DNA of 32,000 nucleotides from Candidatus Arthromitus sp. SFB-mouse-Japan (GTDB lineage Bacteria; Bacillota; Clostridia; Clostridiales; Clostridiaceae): NCBI RefSeq assembly GCF_000270205.1, contig NC_015913.1, positions 1,410,001 to 1,442,000 of the forward strand, read 5' to 3'. Shown piece by piece: positions 25,207 to 32,000 of this stretch (position 1 is its first letter; each line of letters starts with the position of its first letter). The notes under the pieces were generated by a model. It saw only the letters and a program-made list of their open reading frames with translations, ran no database searches and was not told where the DNA came from. The position numbers and the translations under genes were made by a program.

Positions 25207-25323
25207 CTACTATCACCCTCTCCAACCATTAAAAACTTAATTCCCAAATATATAATCTATTAATTATTTTAAAACTTTTCGTTAAATATTATACTTCATA
25301 TTTAAATTTTTAGTAAATATATT

Positions 25324-25357
25324 TAAAAAAATAAAAAGACGATTAATTAATCGTCTT
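25324..25357 (-). terminator. intrinsic terminator of the pepF operon
   Basis: Perfect palindrome aagacgattaattaatcgtctt (25336-25357), followed on the minus strand by TTTTATTTTTTT. Confidence 0.8.
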
Positions 25358-25361
25358 AATT

Positions 25362-27155
25362 TTATATATTTTTCTCTAAAATATCTAAAAGCTGCGAAAA
25401 TCTACTTAACACATTTTCCATTGGTTTTTTAGTCGTCATATCTACTCCAGAAGATTTCAATATCTCTATTGGATAGTTAGATCCACCCTTCTTTAAAAAA
25501 TTATTGATATAATTTTCAACAGCATTCTTACCATTTTTTAATATGTCTTGAGAAAATGAAAAACTAGCTGCATAACCTGTTGCATATTGATATACATAAA
25601 AACAAGAATAAAAATGTGGTATCCTGCTCCATTCGTAAATTATACAATCGTCCAATACCAAATTATCTCCATAATATTTCTTATTTAATTCTCTCCATAT
25701 TTCACAGAAATTATCACTAGTTAATGATCCACCCTTTTCAACCTCCTCATGTACAATAAGCTCAAACTCTGCAAATAGCATTTGTCTAAATACAGTAGTC
25801 CTAATATTTTCAATTTCCTTATTTATAAAGTATAAATACTCATCTCCAGTTGAATTGTCCTGCATATATCTATTTAATAAATGTTCATTGCAAGTCGATG
25901 CAATCTCTGCCAAAAATATTGGATATCTAGAGTTAAAAAACGTCTGAGTCCTATTTGAATAATAAGAATGAATTGAGTGTCCCATTTCATGAACTAAAGT
26001 TGATACATCATTAAATGAATTTGAATAGTTTAAAAGTATATATGGATCAGTATCATAACTTCCTGATGAATACGCCCCACTTCTCTTACCTTTATTTATA
26101 TAAACGTCTATCCATCTGTTTTCTATTGCCTCCTTAAATATCTCCAAATAATTCATACCAAGTGGTTTAAGCGCATTTAAAGATATCTCTAGAGCTTCCT
26201 CATACGGAATGTCTTTAATTGGATTTTTAAACAAAGGTACATATAAATCATAACTTCTCAGTTCATTTAATCCCAACATACACTTCTTTAAATCTATATA
26301 TCTATGAATCTTATTAAAATTTTCATGCATAACTTCAATTGCATTTAAATAAACAGACTTATCCACATTATTACTAAATAAATTTCCCTCAAGTGTAGAA
26401 TTGAATCTCTTTGCTTTAGAATACAAAACATCATTTGTAATTGATGTAGATAAACAAGTTGCTAAAGTATTTTTGTAATTCCTATATGTGGAAAATAATT
26501 TTTCATATGCATTTCTTCTTACTTCTCTATTATATGATGTTAAAAAAACTCCATAATTTCCTTCATTTAGCTGAACTTCCTTACCATTATCGTCAATTAC
26601 ATTTGGGAACTTCAAATCTACATTTTTAAATACAGATACTATATTATCTGGAGCATCGATAGATGACCCAAACATACTCAACACTTTTTCTGCTTCTTCA
26701 GATAAAATATGTTTCTTTCCTCTTATCAAGTTTTGTATTCTAAATCTAATATCCTTAAGATCATCATCTTCTATAAGAGACTTTAAAAATTCATCATTTT
26801 GTGAAATAAGTTCTGTATCTACAAAACTACTCATAGATAAAAATTCATAATAAAGTTGCTCAACCCTTGTATATATACCCTGATATAAGGTAACAGATCC
26901 ATCTTGATCTTTTTTCATATGAGCATAATTCATAAGTTTCATTACTACTCTTAATATTTTTTCAAGATCATTAAATAGATTTAATACCTCTACTTTATTA
27001 TTAAGCTTACCTTTATAATCCTCAATTTTTCTGGAAAACTCTTTAATCTCCTTAAATTCTTTTTCAAATTCTTGTACATCTTTATAAATTTTCTCTAAAT
27101 TCCAAGTATATTTCTCTTCTATAATATCTCTATTTTCAAAATACTTTACATTCAT
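25362..27155 (-). CDS. pepF: oligoendopeptidase F (M3B)
   Basis: 597 aa. Zinc motif LVHEMGHSIH with downstream LAEIASTCNE. Length and N-terminal helical domain are typical of PepF. Confidence 0.9.
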   Translation of the reverse strand: MNVKYFENRDIIEEKYTWNLEKIYKDVQEFEKEFKEIKEFSRKIEDYKGKLNNKVEVLNLFNDLEKILRVVMKLMNYAHMKKDQDGSVTLYQGIYTRVEQLYYEFLSMSSFVDTELISQNDEFLKSLIEDDDLKDIRFRIQNLIRGKKHILSEEAEKVLSMFGSSIDAPDNIVSVFKNVDLKFPNVIDDNGKEVQLNEGNYGVFLTSYNREVRRNAYEKLFSTYRNYKNTLATCLSTSITNDVLYSKAKRFNSTLEGNLFSNNVDKSVYLNAIEVMHENFNKIHRYIDLKKCMLGLNELRSYDLYVPLFKNPIKDIPYEEALEISLNALKPLGMNYLEIFKEAIENRWIDVYINKGKRSGAYSSGSYDTDPYILLNYSNSFNDVSTLVHEMGHSIHSYYSNRTQTFFNSRYPIFLAEIASTCNEHLLNRYMQDNSTGDEYLYFINKEIENIRTTVFRQMLFAEFELIVHEEVEKGGSLTSDNFCEIWRELNKKYYGDNLVLDDCIIYEWSRIPHFYSCFYVYQYATGYAASFSFSQDILKNGKNAVENYINNFLKKGGSNYPIEILKSSGVDMTTKKPMENVLSRFSQLLDILEKNI

Positions 27156-28100
27156 CTAATTATCTCCTAATTCTAAATTTGATAAAAATATTAAAATATC
27201 ATTAAAGGCATCATACTTAACATCTTCAACAAATATTTCATGTCTCGCACCATCATAAATTATATGTTCAACATAAATTCCTATATCAGTTAATGACTTG
27301 CTCAATTTATTAGACCCTTTATTAAAAGAACAAACAGGGTCTAAGCTCCCAGTCAATAACAAAATATTTAAACTTTTTGGTATGCCTCCTAAAGATTTAG
27401 TACTTAAAGTACTTTTAATTCCACTAAATAAATCATGGTAGAATTTCAATGTATACTTCTTTATTCTTAAACTATCTTTATTATAATTATCAATAACCTC
27501 TTTATTTGACGTTGTAAATTCAAAGTCATCGATTTTTTTGTTTTTCCCTCTAAAACTCCTATTTAATGTATTGTAAAACGTATTACTTACAAATTTACTA
27601 GGTTTACTTGCATCCATAAATCCACACATAAATTTAGATACTAAATAACTGCCATATACATTTGTTTTACTCCCAATACCAATTCCTGACAATATGAGAC
27701 CGTCTATAGAATCACCATAAACTTCAGAATATTTAAGTGACAAATATGCCCCCATACTATGTCCTATTAAAAATACTCTTTCATCCTTAAATTTACATTT
27801 AATAAATGAATTAATTGCCTTTAAATCTTTAACCATAACAGAAAAAATATTTTCTTCAACATTTGAGGTAAAGTACTCTTTACCTTCATTATACTTTCCA
27901 TGTCCTCTATGATCGTGTATGACAACAATATAGGAATTATTAACCAAAACTTCTATTATTTCTTTATATGATCCACTGTGTTCTCCTTTACCGTGAGAAA
28001 TCTGTATAATTCCCCTAGTTCTATTTGTGTATTCTCCATAAATATAGACATCTAAATAAAAGTTATCAAAACATCTAACTTTAATATTTTCCTTTTTTAT
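27156..28100 (-). CDS. alpha/beta hydrolase (lysophospholipase / monoacylglycerol-lipase-like)
   Basis: Nucleophile elbow GHSMGA, acid TGSLDPV, His GARHEIF. The frame stays open upstream of the track TTG (27947) and encodes the family-typical block GIIQISHGKGEHSGSYKEII. No ATG/GTG/TTG is available, so the 5' end is set at ATA 28100 after GGAGAGGG (uncertain). Confidence 0.65.
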   Translation of the reverse strand: MKKENIKVRCFDNFYLDVYIYGEYTNRTRGIIQISHGKGEHSGSYKEIIEVLVNNSYIVVIHDHRGHGKYNEGKEYFTSNVEENIFSVMVKDLKAINSFIKCKFKDERVFLIGHSMGAYLSLKYSEVYGDSIDGLILSGIGIGSKTNVYGSYLVSKFMCGFMDASKPSKFVSNTFYNTLNRSFRGKNKKIDDFEFTTSNKEVIDNYNKDSLRIKKYTLKFYHDLFSGIKSTLSTKSLGGIPKSLNILLLTGSLDPVCSFNKGSNKLSKSLTDIGIYVEHIIYDGARHEIFVEDVKYDAFNDILIFLSNLELGDN

Positions 28101-28112
28101 AATAACCCTCTC

Positions 28113-29909
28113 CTACAAAACTAAATCTTTGTATTTATAATATTTATTTTTTAATATTTCTATAGATCTTCTAAAAAAGTCCTTATCACTTACATCAATA
28201 TTAAATATTTCTCCTAAATCCTCTAAATTATTCTTCCCAGACTTACTAAGTAATTCTTCATATTTTACATGAAAATCATTACTATTATTCAAATAACAAT
28301 CATAAATTCCAAGTGAAAAAAGTAATCCAAAAGCATATGGATAATTATAAAAATTATAATTAAAATCATAATAATGAGATTTATAAATCCATGCTTCCTT
28401 AAAATATTCATGATGCATTGAATCCCCGTAAGCTTCTTTTTGAGCATTTAGCATAATAGAATTCAAATTATCTGAAGTTAAAAATTCATTTTCACATCTC
28501 TCAAATACATCTCTTTCAAATAAAAATCTACTATATATATCAACAATTACTTGGGTAGCACTATTTAGTTCATATTCTAAAATAATAATTTTTTCTCTCT
28601 CATCTACACTATTAAATGCCTTATCACAAATTAGAGTTTCAAAAAAAATGGATGCTGTTTCGGCAATTGTCATAGGGTAATCTGTATTTAATATTCTCTC
28701 ATTTTTAATAAGTTCTCCATGATAAGCATGTCCAAGCTCATGAGCAAGTGTAAATATAGAATCATATGAATTATTAAAATTCAATAAAATCCTACTCTCC
28801 TTAATAGAGTTAATATTTGAACAAAATGCGCCTCCAACCTTTCCTTCATAAATATCGGAGTCTATCCAATTATTATCAAAAGCATTCTTTACAAAATCAC
28901 CAACCCTAGTAGAAAAATCATAAAAATTCCTTATTAAAAAATCCCTCGCATAAGAAAAGTCTATCTTATTTTTAGATTCAAGAGTCTGAACAAATAAATC
29001 ACTATAATAAATCTTATTATGTTTATCTCCAATAATCCTTCCCTTAAGTTTAAGAAAATCTCTAAATAGTGGTAAACTCTCACGCATAACACTAATTAAC
29101 GAATCAAAAGTTTTTTCAGAAATTCTATTATCCCTCAAAGATTTACTCAAAGGTGAATCATATCCCCTTTTTTTATTATCATATATAACACTTTTCTTAA
29201 TGTTATTTAATGCAAACGATATTGGATCCTCCATATACCTATACAACTTTTTTTCTGCCTTTAATGCTTCAAATCTTAAACTCCTATTTGAATTTTCAAG
29301 CATAGCCCTACATTCTGTGAGAGGTATCTCTCTAATACAACCATCTATATTAAGTTCAACTTTATATTTAGATATCAATGTATCTTGAAGTGTAGAATAA
29401 GATATTGCACCATAATTTAAAAGAGATACCATAGTCTCCTCTACTTCATCTGATAATAAATATTTTGAATTATCAATAAGTTCTCGTATCAAAAAAGAAT
29501 ATTCAACTAACATATCGCTTTTATTCAGTATAGATAAAACATTATCACTAGTTGACAATACCTTAGTTATTATAAAATCTATTAAAGCTACATCAACATA
29601 AATATTTTTTAACACACAGTCATTATCCATAGCCTCTTTATTATTAGAATCACATGCCATATTTAAGAATACAAAAGATGATAGTTTCGTAAATAAAATA
29701 TAAATTTCATCATATTCTGAAAATATATTCTCAAGAATGCTTATAATCTCGTCATCTTTTTTACATTTAAGGCTAATCCCTTTAAACCTCTTAAATCTCT
29801 CAATGCTTTTCTTAAGAAATAATAAATCACTTTTAAACTTGTCTGAAGAAAATCCTCCATATATACTGTCTAAATTCCACTTCATAAAATTATTACTCCT
29901 ATTTCTCAT
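28113..29909 (-). CDS. M3 family oligoendopeptidase (PepF-like paralogue)
   Basis: 598 aa. Zinc motif LAHELGHAYH with downstream IAETASIFFE. Only distantly related to the pepF at 25362-27155. Confidence 0.85.
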   Translation of the reverse strand: MRNRSNNFMKWNLDSIYGGFSSDKFKSDLLFLKKSIERFKRFKGISLKCKKDDEIISILENIFSEYDEIYILFTKLSSFVFLNMACDSNNKEAMDNDCVLKNIYVDVALIDFIITKVLSTSDNVLSILNKSDMLVEYSFLIRELIDNSKYLLSDEVEETMVSLLNYGAISYSTLQDTLISKYKVELNIDGCIREIPLTECRAMLENSNRSLRFEALKAEKKLYRYMEDPISFALNNIKKSVIYDNKKRGYDSPLSKSLRDNRISEKTFDSLISVMRESLPLFRDFLKLKGRIIGDKHNKIYYSDLFVQTLESKNKIDFSYARDFLIRNFYDFSTRVGDFVKNAFDNNWIDSDIYEGKVGGAFCSNINSIKESRILLNFNNSYDSIFTLAHELGHAYHGELIKNERILNTDYPMTIAETASIFFETLICDKAFNSVDEREKIIILEYELNSATQVIVDIYSRFLFERDVFERCENEFLTSDNLNSIMLNAQKEAYGDSMHHEYFKEAWIYKSHYYDFNYNFYNYPYAFGLLFSLGIYDCYLNNSNDFHVKYEELLSKSGKNNLEDLGEIFNIDVSDKDFFRRSIEILKNKYYKYKDLVL

Positions 29910-30921
29910 TATAATTAATTATGTATTTAATAATCATATTAAGACTTCCATCACCATTTCTTTTAACCTCAAATCTATTTATATCATAAAAAGAATCCTT
30001 ATTAATATAAAGATCTATGTCCTTATCTATTTTCAATCTGATTCTCTCATATTTTTTTAATACATAATTCTTATCAATCTTAATTTCTCCATCTATTCCA
30101 TTATCCTCTGTAAAATCAATGAAACTCTCAAGACTACTCTTATCATCTTTAAAAATATCTATAGCTAAAGAATTTATATTTAAAATATCTCCATTTGATA
30201 TTTTCTCCTTAAATAACTCCCTAATTCCAAATGCTTTATCTGCATCATCCTTTATATTTTTACGTGTCCATTTTTCCGTAAAATAAATTAAATCCTTAGT
30301 CTTTGAAAAATTAGAATATATCCTCTCACAATTTAAAAATTCATCCTTAAAATAAGTTCTCTCTTTTGTAACACTTGTAGATGACTTATCCAAAAAAAAT
30401 AAATTAAAATTATCATCTGAATCTCTTAAGAAAATACACGCTTTATTCACTCTCTGAGATACACTTGGGAGAGTAATATATTGAGGAATTATATCTATCT
30501 TCATTTTATCATCAACATAATCAATCTTGTGTATATAATTTTTCATATAATCTAATTTTATCATACATAAGGCATTGCCAAACTCAGTTTTAAGCTTTAA
30601 AAATAAAAGATCACAAGAAATACCCCCACCATGCTCAACTAAAATATTAAAAAATTTCTCTGATATATCCTTTGATACCTCAATTAAACTAAATTCTTCT
30701 CTTAAAAATCTATAAACACCTAATATAAATTCAGGTTCCTTGCAAAATTGTCCCAAATCAAGCTCATCATCTTTTAAAATTTTTTCCATATGCTTTGTTA
30801 AAAATAAATTTATCTCTTCATTCGACAAATTTAAATAATTTTCATTTAAAATTGGATAATCACAGTTCACATCAAGAACATGTATTATTCCCTCTTCTAT
30901 TTTAAATTCTTTAATTTTCAA
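29899..30921 (-). CDS. nucleoid-associated protein-like (NdpA/YejK, NA37 family)
   Basis: N-terminal IKEFKIEEGIIHVLD...PILNE and central GGGISCDLLFLKL...ALCMIKLDY resemble Firmicute NA37-family proteins (recognition from memory, moderate). Start set at TTG 30921, 7 nt after GGAGGA (track start TTG 30936 overlaps the SD). The 3' end overlaps the next gene by 11 nt. Confidence 0.5.
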   Translation of the reverse strand: MKIKEFKIEEGIIHVLDVNCDYPILNENYLNLSNEEINLFLTKHMEKILKDDELDLGQFCKEPEFILGVYRFLREEFSLIEVSKDISEKFFNILVEHGGGISCDLLFLKLKTEFGNALCMIKLDYMKNYIHKIDYVDDKMKIDIIPQYITLPSVSQRVNKACIFLRDSDDNFNLFFLDKSSTSVTKERTYFKDEFLNCERIYSNFSKTKDLIYFTEKWTRKNIKDDADKAFGIRELFKEKISNGDILNINSLAIDIFKDDKSSLESFIDFTEDNGIDGEIKIDKNYVLKKYERIRLKIDKDIDLYINKDSFYDINRFEVKRNGDGSLNMIIKYIINYNEK

Positions 30922-30986
30922 ATACCCATCCTCCAAGATTAAAACAATAAAATTAAGTTTAGATCATTTTACAATAAAATTTTTTC

Positions 30987-31015
30987 AAATTAAAGGACAC
31001 TATAAAAATAGTCAA
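30987..31015 (-). promoter_or_regulatory. candidate promoter of the four-gene peptidase operon
   Basis: Minus strand has TTGACT (31010-31015), a 17-nt spacer and TAATTT (30987-30992). Confidence 0.35.
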
Positions 31016-31045
31016 AAAACAAAAAAGAGCCAATAAATACGACTC
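31012..31045 (-). terminator. weak terminator after the LacI-family gene
   Basis: Short stem gagtc / ggctc (31027-31045), followed on the minus strand by TTTTTTGTTTTTTG. Confidence 0.4.
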
Positions 31046-31054
31046 ATTATAATT

Positions 31055-32000
31055 CTAAATCCTTGTTGACTCTCTTTCTAATATATCACACTTTATTTGC
31101 ATTTTACTTATACTATTTCCACTTACTATACTTTTAAGAGTAAAATATGACTTAACACCAAGTTCAAATTTATCATAATTAACAGTAGACAAAGATGGAT
31201 TTAAACAATTAAAAATAAAATTATTATCAAATCCTATTATAGAAATATCTTCAGGAACCTTATATCTTTCTCTCGTCAATATATTTAAAATTCTATATGC
31301 TGTAAAATCATTATCTGCACATATAGCATTAACATGAATATTTTTTACAAACTCCACTATTTGTGAATCAAATTCTTCACTAGAAACATTTAAAACATTT
31401 TTAGGGTTATAATTTATCCCAAAAGAAGTCAATGCTGCAATATATCCTACAAGCTTATCTTGATAAATATAATCATTACCTTTTATATTAACAAAACTTA
31501 TATCCTTATACCCTCTATCAATAAAATACTTTACAACTTTACTCATACCATCTATCATATCAATGCCAACATATCCTATGTTCTGTTTATCAATATTAAG
31601 ATAACTATTTGCCATAACAAGAGGATAAGATAGTTTAAGTATAGACTTTCTTATAGAATCTGAAATATTATTTAACACCAATAGTGCTCCTGATAAATTA
31701 TTAGATCTCATAATAGAATCTATACATATTTTTTTAGCACTACTTTTCAAATAAATTATTGACGTAGTATTTCCATCTTTAATAGCTTCACTATTAAATC
31801 CCTGTATTATATCATAATTTAAAATTTTGTTATATTCATCACAATTTTGATCAACAATAATACCAAATTTTAAATTAAGTTTATTAGATATAGATTTTTT
31901 AATATATCCAAGTTCATTTGCAACTTCGATAACTTTTTCTCTAGTTTTTTGACTTATATCTGTTCCACCATTGAGGGCTTTAGAAACAGAACTTATAGAT
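31055..32000 (-). CDS. LacI family transcriptional regulator (5' end outside the window)
   Basis: The frame is open to the window edge. Translation of 31751-31999 gives SISSVSKALNGGTDISQKTREKVIEVANELGYI, the second half of a LacI HTH, followed by a periplasmic-binding-protein-like sugar-binding core. The track start at 31750 is an internal TTG. Confidence 0.85.
   Translation of the reverse strand, partial: SISSVSKALNGGTDISQKTREKVIEVANELGYIKKSISNKLNLKFGIIVDQNCDEYNKILNYDIIQGFNSEAIKDGNTTSIIYLKSSAKKICIDSIMRSNNLSGALLVLNNISDSIRKSILKLSYPLVMANSYLNIDKQNIGYVGIDMIDGMSKVVKYFIDRGYKDISFVNIKGNDYIYQDKLVGYIAALTSFGINYNPKNVLNVSSEEFDSQIVEFVKNIHVNAICADNDFTAYRILNILTRERYKVPEDISIIGFDNNFIFNCLNPSLSTVNYDKFELGVKSYFTLKSIVSGNSISKMQIKCDILERESTRI

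Overview
Very AT-rich, Clostridia-like chromosomal window (species not identifiable from sequence alone) with about 27 protein genes, almost all on the minus strand. 0-11.3 kb is ordinary housekeeping: trxB, degV-family, trmL, vanW-family, ddl, nth, plsC-like, queG, a soluble PRC/MgtE_N/CBS protein, a DUF421/DUF4363 pair and fba. 11.3-16.5 kb holds a promoter-TPP riboswitch-terminator-thiT unit, an isolated fliF-fliE pair with no other flagellar genes nearby, and feoAB. 16.7-23.6 kb is the accessory block and the best candidate for something undescribed. It contains a minus-strand operon of three paralogous modular membrane proteins, called A, B and C here. They share a basic signal-like N-terminus, a TM helix followed by a Q/E/K-rich helix, and a roughly 51-aa C-terminal module. 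They differ in a mucin-like S/T/P/N/K region of about 0, 285 or 375 aa and in YxDxDGN-type repeats. A convergent gene for a secreted Ser-rich acidic protein (D) carries a related YxDxDGN motif. I recognise no characterised family for any of the four, and the genes are full of in-frame DNA tandem repeats. 23.7-32 kb holds an M28-fold membrane-anchored protein that appears to lack its catalytic residues. Next comes a tightly coupled four-gene operon: nucleoid-associated-like protein, M3 oligoendopeptidase, alpha/beta hydrolase with no canonical start codon, and pepF. The window ends in a 5'-truncated LacI-family regulator. No CRISPR array, transposase, integrase, rRNA or tRNA was seen.
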